A stretch of 64,000 nt of DNA from Candidatus Heimdallarchaeota archaeon (GCA_018238155.1 JABCTZ010000032.1:256001-320000), one strand, 5' to 3'. Shown: positions 50,160 to 60,952, counted from the stretch's first letter. Numbers and translations are program-made. Notes: generated by a model not told the origin, from the letters alone.

Positions 50160-50927
50160 ATGACTCGAGTGCCCTCTGTTAAAAGAAAAATGAATTTAGT
50201 AACTACAGAACGGAAGGATCGCTACGATAAAACCTCTCTTGTTTTAGATCTTGAGAAATGTACAGGTTGTAATCTTTGTTGGACCATTTGTCCAAGATAT
50301 GCTATTGAGCGAGGGCCAATTGGAGCATCTTTAAGGGATCGTGTAATTGCTCCACCAATAAGAATTAATTACCACAAGTGTGTCTTTTGTGGTTTATGTG
50401 CTTATATTTGCCCATTTGATGCTTTATCCTTAATTGTTAATGATAAACCAGCTGAGAAAATAAAAAGTGGAGTATCAATACCTTTTCTTAAAGGGCACAA
50501 AATAAAGGTTAGCCGAACAGGTCATACTGCCTTAAAATTTATTGATGGAAAAATATCAGTTGATGATGATGAATGTCCTGGAGGGTGTTCGACATGTATC
50601 GATGTCTGTCCTGTTGAATGCCTTACTCTTCCAGTATCCTCTAAGGAGAAACCTTGGGAAAAAGTACCAAAAGTTGGTGTGGATAGAGAAAAGTGTCTCT
50701 TCTGTGGTGCTTGTCTATTTGCTTGTCCGGCAAATGGTGCTGTAAAGCTAGAGCGGACTGAGATAAAGTGTAGTGAGGAAGGTTCTGAGAGTAGAATATG
50801 GAAAAATCTAGAAACAAAATTGAAGAAACCAGTACAATCTCGAGATTGGTTCTTTGAAAAAAGAGTAAAAGCAGCTCCTGGTGGTGGACAAAAATTAGCT
50901 CCAAAAAGAAAAAATCTAAAGGATTAA
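50160..50927 (+). CDS. fwdF: Polyferredoxin (short FwdF-like, 4 clusters)
   Basis: Four CxxCxxCxxxCP-type motifs, AIERGPIGA; ATG after GAGGT. Confidence 0.8.
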   Translation: MTRVPSVKRKMNLVTTERKDRYDKTSLVLDLEKCTGCNLCWTICPRYAIERGPIGASLRDRVIAPPIRINYHKCVFCGLCAYICPFDALSLIVNDKPAEKIKSGVSIPFLKGHKIKVSRTGHTALKFIDGKISVDDDECPGGCSTCIDVCPVECLTLPVSSKEKPWEKVPKVGVDREKCLFCGACLFACPANGAVKLERTEIKCSEEGSESRIWKNLETKLKKPVQSRDWFFEKRVKAAPGGGQKLAPKRKNLKD

Positions 50928-52654
50928 GAATTACTAACGGTTATCTTGTCGATCCTGCTAATGGTATAGTTGGGGAGAACAAAGATGTTTTTGTTATCGA
51001 TGGGAAAATTGTAGAAGAAAGTGAAATTCGTTCAGATATGAAAATCAAAGTTATAGATGCTTCTGGTAAAGTTGTAATGCCTGGTGGAGTTGATATTCAC
51101 GCCCATATTGCAGGTCCCAAAGTCAACTCTGGAAGGTTACTAAGACCAGAAGATCATATTATTGATCCATTAAATAAGACTGCTGTTGCTCGTTCAGGAA
51201 CTGGTCGTTCGGTTCCATCTACATACTACACTGGGTATGCATATGCTCGCTTAGGATATACTTTTGCAATGGAACCAGCAATGCCGCCTCTAGAAGCACG
51301 ACATACACATGAAGAGTTAATGGATATTCCAATTATTGATAAAGGCGCCTATACTCTTTTGGGGAGTAATTGGTTTGTCTTAGAACGCATTAGTGAGATG
51401 AACAAAGATGAAATGGCTGCTTTTGTTGCTTGGTTGCTCAAAGCCTCTGGTGGATATTCAATTAAATTGGTAAATCCCGGTGGAGAAGAAACTTGGGCAT
51501 GGGGTCAGAATGTTCACTCTTTAGATGATTTAGTAGGTTCGTTCAAAGCTACTCCAAGGAAAATTATTAAAACATTGGCTGGAGTAAATGAACGATTATC
51601 ACTACCTCAAACAATTCATTTGCATACCAATAATTTGGGCATTCCAGGTAATCATGATGTTACTTTGGAAACTATGAATGCAGTAAAAGGCATTAAACCT
51701 GCAAAAGGTAGAAAAACAAATATGCATTTAACCCACATTCAATTTTCTTCGTACGGTGGCAAGGGTTGGGAAGATTTCTGTTCTGAAGCTCCAGAGATAG
51801 CTCATTATATCAATAAGAATGATCATGTTTCTTGTGATGTCGGTCAAATTATCTTTACTAATACTACAACAATGACTGCTGATGGTGCATGGGAATGGAC
51901 TTTGAGAGGAATCACTGAACATCTAGCATGGTCACCTCGCTCTGGTTCAAAATGGATGAATACTCAAGTGGAACTTGAATCTAGCTCTGGTGTTGTACCT
52001 TATATCTTCAGAAGAAAAAATCCAGTAAATGCTATTCAATGGGCTATTGGGTTAGAGTTTCTCTTAATGATTAAAAACTTAAACAAAGTAAATATTTCAA
52101 CAGATCATCCAAATGGTGGTCCATTTACTTTCTATCCAAAAATTTTCAGCTGGTTAATGAGTAAAGATGCTCGAGATAGAATGCTTTCAAGAACAGATAA
52201 AGCAGCAAAAGAAAAAACATCTTTAGCAGAACTAACTCGCGAATTTTCATTGGCAGAAATAGCTCAAGTAAGTAGAGTCAGTGCTTCGAAAATACTCGGT
52301 TTGAAAAATAAAGGTCACTTAGGTATCGGTGCAGATGCAGATATTGCTATCTATGATTTCAAAATACCTTTAGATGAGTTAAATAAAAATTACAAAGCTG
52401 TGGAAAAAGGCTTTGGAAAAGCTGCATACACAATTAAGGATGGAGAATTGGTTCTTAAGGATGGAGTGATTATCTCGAGTCCGTTCGGTAGAACTTTTCG
52501 AGTTGAAGCAAATATACCTGAAGATTGGACTCTCCAAATCAGGGATGCAATTGAGGATCGATTCAGAAAGCATTATACCGTGAGCTTGGCAAATTATGCT
52601 GTGCAAAAAGAATATTTCCCAAATGAGGAATTGATCACAACTGAACTTCAATAA
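50894..52654 (+). CDS. fwdA: Formylmethanofuran dehydrogenase subunit A (amidohydrolase)
   Basis: MPGGVDIHAH..GPKVN.GR.LRPED, K.VNPGG, H.HTNNLG.PG, TDHPNGGP; the homologous N-terminus extends upstream of ATG 51038, so the start is uncertain (ATT 50894 proposed). Confidence 0.93.
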   Translation: MSSKKKKSKGLRITNGYLVDPANGIVGENKDVFVIDGKIVEESEIRSDMKIKVIDASGKVVMPGGVDIHAHIAGPKVNSGRLLRPEDHIIDPLNKTAVARSGTGRSVPSTYYTGYAYARLGYTFAMEPAMPPLEARHTHEELMDIPIIDKGAYTLLGSNWFVLERISEMNKDEMAAFVAWLLKASGGYSIKLVNPGGEETWAWGQNVHSLDDLVGSFKATPRKIIKTLAGVNERLSLPQTIHLHTNNLGIPGNHDVTLETMNAVKGIKPAKGRKTNMHLTHIQFSSYGGKGWEDFCSEAPEIAHYINKNDHVSCDVGQIIFTNTTTMTADGAWEWTLRGITEHLAWSPRSGSKWMNTQVELESSSGVVPYIFRRKNPVNAIQWAIGLEFLLMIKNLNKVNISTDHPNGGPFTFYPKIFSWLMSKDARDRMLSRTDKAAKEKTSLAELTREFSLAEIAQVSRVSASKILGLKNKGHLGIGADADIAIYDFKIPLDELNKNYKAVEKGFGKAAYTIKDGELVLKDGVIISSPFGRTFRVEANIPEDWTLQIRDAIEDRFRKHYTVSLANYAVQKEYFPNEELITTELQ

Positions 52655-52672
52655 TGTTATTTGGTGGATAAG

Positions 52673-53500
52673 ATGAAGCAAATAATACTGACGCAAAAAC
52701 AACCGGTAATTAATCCAAAAATTCCAATAGAAGCTGATGTTATATCTCCTGATATTTTTACAAAGAAGAGTATTGAGGAAATAAAACAATTGATAATCTG
52801 GCGTGGAAATAGACAATTACCTCTCGAAGAAGTTTTTAGCTTGACTGGAGAAGAACACGTTGGAGATTCTACGGCAGAAATAGAAATAGTACTCATTGGT
52901 GAATTATCAAAGTACAAGCATGTTGGCGAAAAAATGTCAGCAGGAAAAATCACAATTAAAAGTTCTATTGGAATGCATTTAGGATCACAAATGTCTGGGG
53001 GAAAGATCATTGTAGAAGGAGATGTACATGATTTTGCAGGCGCAAACATGACTGGTGGAGAGATTCAAATTCAAGGTAATGCAGGACATTATTTAGGAGG
53101 TTCAATGCGAGGGAATTGGCGTGGGATGAGTGGTGGCAAAATCAAAGTAGATGGCAATGTCTTGAATGAGTGTGGTATATGGATGCGAAAAGGTATCATT
53201 GAAATCGATGGTTCCGCAACAATGTTTCTTGGTATGCATTTGCACAGGGGAACAATTATTGTTCATGGAGATGTTATTGAGAGAGCAGGAGCAGAGATGA
53301 CCGGTGGAGAGGTAATCATCCTTGGAAAACTACATAAAAATCTTCCATCATTTGAATTCAAAGAAATAATTGATGAATTACCTGTAGAAGGTTTTGGAAC
53401 AATTAAAGGTCCTTTGCTGGTGTTTATTGGAGATTATGCTGAAAGAAAACAAGGGAAGATGTTTTTGCTTAAAAAGAAAAATGAACATCTTATTGATTGA
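52673..53500 (+). CDS. fwdC: Formylmethanofuran dehydrogenase subunit C
   Basis: IEADVISPD, repeated G..M.GG.I.V.G GXGXG beta-helix, RG.WRGMSGG. Confidence 0.94.
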   Translation: MKQIILTQKQPVINPKIPIEADVISPDIFTKKSIEEIKQLIIWRGNRQLPLEEVFSLTGEEHVGDSTAEIEIVLIGELSKYKHVGEKMSAGKITIKSSIGMHLGSQMSGGKIIVEGDVHDFAGANMTGGEIQIQGNAGHYLGGSMRGNWRGMSGGKIKVDGNVLNECGIWMRKGIIEIDGSATMFLGMHLHRGTIIVHGDVIERAGAEMTGGEVIILGKLHKNLPSFEFKEIIDELPVEGFGTIKGPLLVFIGDYAERKQGKMFLLKKKNEHLID

Positions 53501-53511
53501 TTAATTAATTA

Positions 53512-54225
53512 TCATTTCCCTGTAAAGACACTTCTAGAAGCAACATCATATATTGTTTCAAGTAAATTAAGATTGGCAATATCTTGGTTGAAATTAATTT
53601 TTCCATCAATATTAACTTCTAAATCCAGAAGAAAACTAACTTCTTTTATTTGTAATTTTATTTGGTGATTTTTTGGTTTGTAAGTTTTAAGTGTAGATAA
53701 AAACGTTTCATTATTATGAATGATTACTTCTAAATCCCCAGAGAGGAACTCACTAATGGTCAAATTATTAATAGTCAAAGTTTTAGCTATAACCTCTAAT
53801 CTCGTTTTTGATAATTTTAAATAGAATTTTTCTAAATCAATTTCACAAGGAGAAAATCGTAAGTTTATTTTTTTACTCAGATAATCTATTGCTTTTTTTA
53901 TATGAGATGATTTCCCTGTGAATATACAAAGATAAATTCCTGTTGGTGTTTCCAAATCAGTTGGAGGATCGAGTATCTTTATTTTTGTATCTTGATAAAT
54001 AACCATATTTTCTGATCGCATAGCAGGAAGAGTTCTATGTGGAAAGAAGAATTTTTTTTCGGTCATTTGATAATATTTGCCTTGGAAATAACTACTTGCT
54101 AACGGATCAAAGGTAATAAATTCAGTATCAATTGAAGGATCACCAAAATCTATACTTGCAAATTGCTCCTCTGTGAGATGTTCTTCTCCTATCAAATATC
54201 CCCAGAATAGGCTTATAGAATTCAT
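53512..54225 (-). CDS. Hypothetical protein
   Basis: 237-aa ORF with GAGGT RBS; no motif recognised. Confidence 0.6.
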   Translation of the reverse strand: MNSISLFWGYLIGEEHLTEEQFASIDFGDPSIDTEFITFDPLASSYFQGKYYQMTEKKFFFPHRTLPAMRSENMVIYQDTKIKILDPPTDLETPTGIYLCIFTGKSSHIKKAIDYLSKKINLRFSPCEIDLEKFYLKLSKTRLEVIAKTLTINNLTISEFLSGDLEVIIHNNETFLSTLKTYKPKNHQIKLQIKEVSFLLDLEVNIDGKINFNQDIANLNLLETIYDVASRSVFTGK

Positions 54226-54306
54226 GTAGTTTTTACCTCAATAAATCTATAATGTATTAATGTACAAGTCTACTTAATAAAAATTTCATTGGAACATTGA
54301 AGGAAA

Positions 54307-54942
54307 TCATTGATTTTGCATATAACGTTGCTGTGGAGTCAAATCTTCCTCTTCCTCTGCTTCTTTCAGTATCTTATTTCTAATTTTAATTATTGCATAT
54401 ATTATTATACTGAGAAAAAATATTGCTGCGAGTGCTGAAATCAAACCAATTATTGTCGGTGATAAATTCCCTTCATTTGATTCTAGTTTCAAATTTAAAT
54501 TTGCTTGTACACTCTTTGGATTATAAAAGACGAAGAAAATTTCTCCATCTTGATTTGTGGTAACTTTCCCGGTATCGAATTTTCCCTCAGTATACAAGAG
54601 GCTTTCAAAGTATGTGGACCTTTTCATTAAATTCATCGCTTGTATTGTTGTATAATCCGCTTCTGAAACTGGTGTTCCTTGGATTTCAATATCACTTGAC
54701 CACTCATAATTAACAATTGAGTTAGCAGTAAAATTCTCATCTTCAAATATGAAGTACCAATTTTGAGCTGGAAGAATATACGAATTTTCGACAGGCTCAG
54801 TGCTTTCAATAGTAGAATATGTAAGAATTTGCAGTGAAATTGATAACAGGATTACAATTGATAGGATGTTTTTAGTTTTGGACTTCATATTTCGTTTCTC
54901 TCTTGAAGATGTATGTAAGGATGGATAATATCTAACAATCAT
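54307..54942 (-). CDS. Small type I membrane protein
   Basis: N-terminal signal, beta-rich ectodomain, C-terminal TM helix and charged tail. Confidence 0.65.
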   Translation of the reverse strand: MIVRYYPSLHTSSREKRNMKSKTKNILSIVILLSISLQILTYSTIESTEPVENSYILPAQNWYFIFEDENFTANSIVNYEWSSDIEIQGTPVSEADYTTIQAMNLMKRSTYFESLLYTEGKFDTGKVTTNQDGEIFFVFYNPKSVQANLNLKLESNEGNLSPTIIGLISALAAIFFLSIIIYAIIKIRNKILKEAEEEEDLTPQQRYMQNQ

Positions 54943-54995
54943 TTAAACAGCTTTTCATTAATATTTCCGTTTAAAATAAAAAAATTACCTTGTAT

Positions 54996-56309
54996 TCAAA
55001 CTTCTATTCCTTTCTGCTTTTTTTTGACATAGATGTAAATCATAACTCCTATACCAATAACTGTAAGCGGAATGATTGTTGCGTTTATAACAACTCTTCC
55101 AACGAAGAACTTTGGTATCTCTGTCTGCACTTCATGCACTGGTTTAGTTAATGGATATCTATCTCTACCTTTTGCTTTCCCATCAATTTTATATGAGAGT
55201 ATACCATTCCAATCTGACCAGTAGTTTCCTTCTCTGGTTTCTTTGTCATACCATACAACTTTTTCATACCCTTCATAGAATGCTTGACTAGTTGCTTTAG
55301 CATTCAAGTTATTATTTGCAAAAGTATTATGATGGATGGTAGTTTCTAGACCATTTATAATTCTTATAGCAACGGATGTAGAATTCTCTATTAAATTATA
55401 AGTTATATTATTGTATATTCCATTCAGTTCATAATAATTTGAAATAAAGATACAATATTCATTATTTAGTAAAGAATTGTTATGGATATTGAAATCATTT
55501 AAATCACTACTGCATGCTATTGCATGAAAATTTTCATAAAAGTAATTGTTAGCAATGTTTGTAAAAACATTATCACCTGGTAATGAATAGGATCGTATAC
55601 CGTATTCATTATTTCTAAAAGTGTTGTGTAAAATATCAATCCCCGTTGTGTTACCAATTTGAATTGATTCGTAATTCTGCTCAAAAAGATTATCAAAAAT
55701 TATTATTTCATCACACTTGAACAAATATAGTCCAACAACATTGTCAATAAATGAATTGTTCTGAATTTTTATTGTTCCAGATTCGACTTCTACCAAAACT
55801 AATCCACTATGTGCAGAATCAATTGTACAGTTTTGGATAACAATATACTTTGTTGTATTATAAACTGTTATCGCTGAATGCATATTAGTATCAATTCCAT
55901 AATTTTCTATTCGATACGGATTCTCAAAAGTCCCCTCTCCGGGAAAACCATAATCTGTTAGGTTCTTGTCTGAGCCGATTTCAATTTCAAAAATGGAATT
56001 TGTATTAGAGATTCTAGATTTTAGATTATCTCTAGTGTTAAATGAAACACTACTTTTAGCACTCACATTATCACAAATACCTGGAATCAAAAATGAATTA
56101 GAAGAAAATAATAATATAAAAAAGATAATGTTTGCTTTTTTCAAGTTAATCCCCTTTATTCTAAGTTGCAATACATTGTTCAAGTTATTAAATAATATTG
56201 AATTAAGCTCGTTAATAAATGAGCTTTTCTCAACATTAATCAAAAGAAGATTTGTTTGTACAATACTTTGCATTTGAAGAATAATCATAATTTTGATTGT
56301 CTTTTTCAT
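54996..56309 (-). CDS. NosD/pectin-lyase-like parallel beta-helix surface protein
   Basis: GFPGEGT.ENPYRIE, repeated I.NN.F.NN, GNYWSDW, DRYPL, C-terminal TM helix; true start probably downstream of the annotated one. Confidence 0.82.
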   Translation of the reverse strand: MKKTIKIMIILQMQSIVQTNLLLINVEKSSFINELNSILFNNLNNVLQLRIKGINLKKANIIFFILLFSSNSFLIPGICDNVSAKSSVSFNTRDNLKSRISNTNSIFEIEIGSDKNLTDYGFPGEGTFENPYRIENYGIDTNMHSAITVYNTTKYIVIQNCTIDSAHSGLVLVEVESGTIKIQNNSFIDNVVGLYLFKCDEIIIFDNLFEQNYESIQIGNTTGIDILHNTFRNNEYGIRSYSLPGDNVFTNIANNYFYENFHAIACSSDLNDFNIHNNSLLNNEYCIFISNYYELNGIYNNITYNLIENSTSVAIRIINGLETTIHHNTFANNNLNAKATSQAFYEGYEKVVWYDKETREGNYWSDWNGILSYKIDGKAKGRDRYPLTKPVHEVQTEIPKFFVGRVVINATIIPLTVIGIGVMIYIYVKKKQKGIEV

Positions 56310-56430
56310 TTCTATCTAGATATATGTTAGTATGAACACAAATATCAAGTAATTTTATTTAAACAGCTTTTTATTGGAACTTGTTATATTAATAATAATA
56401 AATACAAGTAGTTTTGTAGAATGAAGTGAG

Positions 56431-58632
56431 ATGATACATATGCGTTCCTCAAAATCAATTAAGTTCATGATTATTCTAATGCTAATAATTCTCCCAATTG
56501 TAAGTAATCGCACGATATTTTCGGTGGAAAAGTATCTTACCAACCCAACAGCATCTCCTAATTCGAGCTGGTTGACATCCGCAAGAATTGCTGGAGATGA
56601 TTTTTGGGAAGATATGACTGATGAAGAGGTTCGCGAAAAAGTTCAAAATCTTGTGCAGCAAAATGTCAATGTTTTAGAATTAGATATAGGTTTGATTCAT
56701 CTCTATGAAACTTTCTTCAATCCTGAAATCTATATCCAAGCGACAGAGCAAATAGTAGAAATTGCTCACGAAGAAGGGTTAGCGGTTGTTGAATATATTT
56801 CCGGCTTTGAAATAATAACGGAAGGTGCAAACAAAAAAGAACATTCTGTTTTAATGGATCATCCTGATTGGTTACAACAAGATCTTCAAGGAAATTATGC
56901 TGTTTATGGTTCAGAATTAGGTTTCTGGGTAGAACGTGGAGATGAATCTGCTTGGGTTACTCCTTTAGCTACTGAGTGGAGAAATCAATATCTTTCAATA
57001 GTTGCTGATTTAGCTGCGACAGGTGTTGATGGAATCTATATTGATATTCCTTATTGGAAAGTGTGGTATAGTGATACTAATGAATATACTTGGGGAAGCT
57101 TTGATTCTTATACTATCGCAGAATTTGAAAAAAGATTTGGACATTCACCACCCCAAACAGAGCTAGAATTCACTTTGAGCAATCCAGTATTTATTGAATG
57201 GCTCCAATTTAGAATTGACATTGTAAATGAATTCTTTGAAGACGTATCTAGCATCGCAAAGGCAATCAACCCTGAGATAAAAATTATCGCTGAATTGTAT
57301 CTAGCTCAAGGTATACATGGTTTGTACTCAGGGGCAGATCCATATTTTCTATATGATCATGTAGATGCAATTGCACATGAATTTGGAGTAAACGGCGATG
57401 CAAAAGTGATGAATGAGGAGTTATGGCTATATACAGTAATAAAGAATTTAATTTATAGAGCTCTGGATTTTGAACATCCTAGTTGGATTTTAGATTATGC
57501 TGATGAACAATTAGATTCAACTGTGCTTGCAGCTGCAAATGTTTTATTTGAAGGCAATTTTTGGGAAACAAAAGGACCTGAAATGGCTGATACTGTAGGA
57601 TTAGATTTTAGAAAAGAACTGTTTGATTGGATACAGAGTAATGACCAATATCTCTATGATTCATGGGAAGTGATGGAACCTGTTGCTGTTTATTTCAGTC
57701 CACAAACAAGAAATTTCGTCTATTCATTAAATGCTTCACAAGAGCCAATTGTCGAATCTGGAGGACTCTTTGCTGATCAAATTTGGGAAAGTTATGATGA
57801 ATATATTGGAGGGCACCATTGTTATGACTTGTATGGTATTACAGCGATGCTACTTCAATCCCATACTCCAGTGAAAATTATTACCTCGAGACATTTACCA
57901 TATTTAGATGAATTGGATGTACAAATTTTAATTCTACCTGATGTTGCAGCATTAAACACTTCTGAAATGGATTATATTCAAGATTTTGCTACAACGAAAC
58001 CGGTAATTTCAACGGCTCTAACTTCATTATATTTTCATAACGGAACTCAACGCACAGATTTTGGATTAGAAACATTTTTTGGCACTAATTATGCTTCAAA
58101 TGATTTACTGGTGAATAATGAAAATTCAACATATATTCGTAATAGAATCGGAGAAGAATATTGGTGCGATATTCTCTTTGGTAATGAAAATGATGCATCA
58201 ACAAAGTTGAATCATTTCTTAGAAGAAATTCTCTCAGAAAAAGCAAATTATTCTTCACCAATAACTACAACTGCAAGCTCATATACGTTATTGAATCCGT
58301 ATATCAATTCTACTGATTTAATTGTGAAAATTACTAATTTCAAAGGAACAAGTAAAAACAGTCAAAATCCTGATCCTGCGAAATTTCACTTAAAAATTGT
58401 TGATTCAAAAAACAATCAATACATAGCTCTTGATGAAATACAACTAACATTTGGTGGAATAGTGCATTTTAATGGAAGTAGTTTGGTATTACTTTCTGAA
58501 TTATTTTTAGATATACAAGATACTAATTGGTATATTTGGGGTTTCAGTATTGGTGGCGGAGTTGTTCTAATTACAGTTTGCATTACCTTATTTTACTCCA
58601 TTAAAAGGAAGAAGAAGATTGGAAACACTTGA
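56431..58632 (+). CDS. Membrane-anchored glycoside-hydrolase-like TIM-barrel protein (GHL/GH42-like)
   Basis: Signal peptide, HPDW.Q.D..G, GVDGIYID, W..FR...V..F, GH42-type trimerisation-like ILILPDV..L, C-terminal TM helix. Confidence 0.75.
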   Translation: MIHMRSSKSIKFMIILMLIILPIVSNRTIFSVEKYLTNPTASPNSSWLTSARIAGDDFWEDMTDEEVREKVQNLVQQNVNVLELDIGLIHLYETFFNPEIYIQATEQIVEIAHEEGLAVVEYISGFEIITEGANKKEHSVLMDHPDWLQQDLQGNYAVYGSELGFWVERGDESAWVTPLATEWRNQYLSIVADLAATGVDGIYIDIPYWKVWYSDTNEYTWGSFDSYTIAEFEKRFGHSPPQTELEFTLSNPVFIEWLQFRIDIVNEFFEDVSSIAKAINPEIKIIAELYLAQGIHGLYSGADPYFLYDHVDAIAHEFGVNGDAKVMNEELWLYTVIKNLIYRALDFEHPSWILDYADEQLDSTVLAAANVLFEGNFWETKGPEMADTVGLDFRKELFDWIQSNDQYLYDSWEVMEPVAVYFSPQTRNFVYSLNASQEPIVESGGLFADQIWESYDEYIGGHHCYDLYGITAMLLQSHTPVKIITSRHLPYLDELDVQILILPDVAALNTSEMDYIQDFATTKPVISTALTSLYFHNGTQRTDFGLETFFGTNYASNDLLVNNENSTYIRNRIGEEYWCDILFGNENDASTKLNHFLEEILSEKANYSSPITTTASSYTLLNPYINSTDLIVKITNFKGTSKNSQNPDPAKFHLKIVDSKNNQYIALDEIQLTFGGIVHFNGSSLVLLSELFLDIQDTNWYIWGFSIGGGVVLITVCITLFYSIKRKKKIGNT

Positions 58633-58813
58633 TGTTGTAATCTTGTTTGTAATTGATCAATGCATTGATAGTTTATCAGTTCCTATCTTTGTTACCTTTT
58701 TTTGAATAACAGGTTTTCTTACTCATATACCAATCTAGGAAAGATAATTCGTTTTAGGCGTTTATTCTGAAACATTTATATTTAGCTTCCATTAATCTTT
58801 GTTTAATCAAACT

Positions 58814-59380
58814 ATGAAGGTGGAATAATGCATAGAAGGGGTCGCCAAATTTGTTACTAAACAGGTTCTTAAATCAGTCGTAGGTAACTTCAAGGTATCT
58901 CTGCTAACGCAACATTTTCATGATGATTCTGGAATGAATTTCTTATTGTATTTCCCAGCACAGAAGATGGGTACGTTTAGCTGTCCTAAATTCCAACAGC
59001 TTCAGTCGAATAATCCCTCTTGGCATCAAGAGGATAATAGTAGTATGGATAACATAACCTCTAACTTTCCTACTTCAAAAGAGGAATTTTGTAAGGTTTT
59101 TCCTGTAGTTCTAACAGAAAATCTGTTAGTCGCTTTGACACAAGAAAGTGAACTTGAGGATTGTATTTCTCCACAATCGTGGAATAATACAGAAAACATT
59201 CACCTATTAGCCCTTCTTAGTTGGTTTGTTAGTGGATGGTCATTTCTTCTCAGTTTCTTTGAAAGCCTCAATCATATCTTATCTTCACAGGTTTTGAAAG
59301 ATAGCGCTCGTTTGTGTGAAATTCTCTGCTCAATAATTCGTCTTTTTATTATTATTATTATTATTATTTGCATTAGCTAA
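58814..59380 (+). pseudogene. Possible degraded or unknown ORF upstream of the radical SAM gene
   Basis: ATG 58814 is in frame with the 58934-59380 ORF but separated from it by one TAA at codon 5; the ORF ends in an (ATT)n microsatellite. Confidence 0.3.
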
Positions 59381-59452
59381 AGCTTTGATTTCTATTCTTG
59401 AAACGAAAGCTTGCTCTGCGATAATATTTTTTGTTATTTAGGTGATAATTTT

Positions 59453-60952
59453 ATGAAAAAAATTGTTGAATTAATATCAATATCCTTTCCGGGAAGAGAC
59501 TTGAACCTTGGACCAGTTTATCTTAAGAATTATGCTCTTAAGAACAAACACGTTGCTAACAACTACACTATCAACATCTCACAATTCGATAAAGACACGT
59601 CGGCTTCTGAATTGCTAGATTGCTTGTTGAGTCGAAATGCCCGTATTTATGGTTTTTCAACTTATGTGTGGAATTATGATTTGGTCATAGACGTATCAAG
59701 AATGCTAAAAAAGGAGCGACCTGAAGCAACAATAATTTTAGGTGGACCTGAGGCTGCCGGTTTAGCAGAAAAACTTCTTCTGCAACATCCCTTTTTGGAT
59801 TATATTTTTGTAGGAGAAAGTGAAATCTCATTTTCTGCGTTTCTTGAATCTACAGAACTACAAGAGATTCCTGGCTTAGCTTATAGGAAAAATGATTCTG
59901 TTATGATAAATCCTGAATGTTTCGTTGAAGATCTAAACTCTTTAGTTCTTCCCTATGAATGTGAAGAGTATCGAACATATATTGATAATGCTCCTGCTCC
60001 AGTTCGCTCGGCTATTGAAACTTCTCGAGGTTGCCCATTCCGATGCAGATATTGTACTTGGGGTGGAACAAAGATGCGCTACTTTAGTTTGGAAAAATTA
60101 AAACCTGCCTTCGAATATCTCTTCAATCATCCAAATGTTAAAACAGTCTATATTACTGATTCAAACCCTTTTCTCCGACGAAGAAGAACGATTGAATTAC
60201 TCGAGATGTTGATTCAGTTAAACGTACATAGAAAATCTATCACTTTTGAGCTTGCTCCAGAATATATGACTGATGAAAGTATATTGGCTCTCATACCAAA
60301 ACTATGCGATGATGAATTTGCTTTGGGTGTACAGTCTACATCCCCTACTGTTTTAGCTTTGATGGATAGGCGATTTAATTCTGAAAGATATTTGAAGAAT
60401 ATTGATTTGATGAAAAGCAAAAATCCTGATATACGACTCTGGTTCAGCTTAATCATTGGATTGCCTGGGGATAGCTATAGTCAATTCTTGAACTCTCTTG
60501 ACTTTGTTATTAATATGCAACCAGAAGGTGTCTATGTTCATGAACTACTCTGCTTACCTGGTTCTGAATTCTACAAGAATCCTGAAAAATATGGTATAGA
60601 ATACATGGATGTACCACCTCATAAGGTTTTGAAAAATAAAACTTTTCCAGAGGAACAATATAACAAGGCAAAATTGCTCTCGTATTTTGTGTACCTTCTC
60701 CATCGGGTAGAATCTCTTCGGAAGAATTTTTACAATATGGGTAATGGTAAAGATTCTTCTCTGCGCCTCATTGATCACTATGAGCGTTTTGTGAGTTTTC
60801 TAGATGGCAAGCTTGATGCTTTGGCTGGAAAGGAAATTTCTGAGGTTTCTTCGTGGATTTTTGAACAAATGGCTAATGATTTTTTAGCGAAAGAAGAAAA
60901 TATCACAAAACTGGAATCACTATATGATTCTTTTTTGAATGAGGGTGTTTAG
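59453..60952 (+). CDS. B12-binding radical SAM protein
   Basis: GFSTYVWN, ILGGPEA, GESE cobalamin-binding domain; ETSRGCPFRCRYC; LIIGLPGD; GGTGA RBS before ATG 59453. Confidence 0.92.
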   Translation: MKKIVELISISFPGRDLNLGPVYLKNYALKNKHVANNYTINISQFDKDTSASELLDCLLSRNARIYGFSTYVWNYDLVIDVSRMLKKERPEATIILGGPEAAGLAEKLLLQHPFLDYIFVGESEISFSAFLESTELQEIPGLAYRKNDSVMINPECFVEDLNSLVLPYECEEYRTYIDNAPAPVRSAIETSRGCPFRCRYCTWGGTKMRYFSLEKLKPAFEYLFNHPNVKTVYITDSNPFLRRRRTIELLEMLIQLNVHRKSITFELAPEYMTDESILALIPKLCDDEFALGVQSTSPTVLALMDRRFNSERYLKNIDLMKSKNPDIRLWFSLIIGLPGDSYSQFLNSLDFVINMQPEGVYVHELLCLPGSEFYKNPEKYGIEYMDVPPHKVLKNKTFPEEQYNKAKLLSYFVYLLHRVESLRKNFYNMGNGKDSSLRLIDHYERFVSFLDGKLDALAGKEISEVSSWIFEQMANDFLAKEENITKLESLYDSFLNEGV

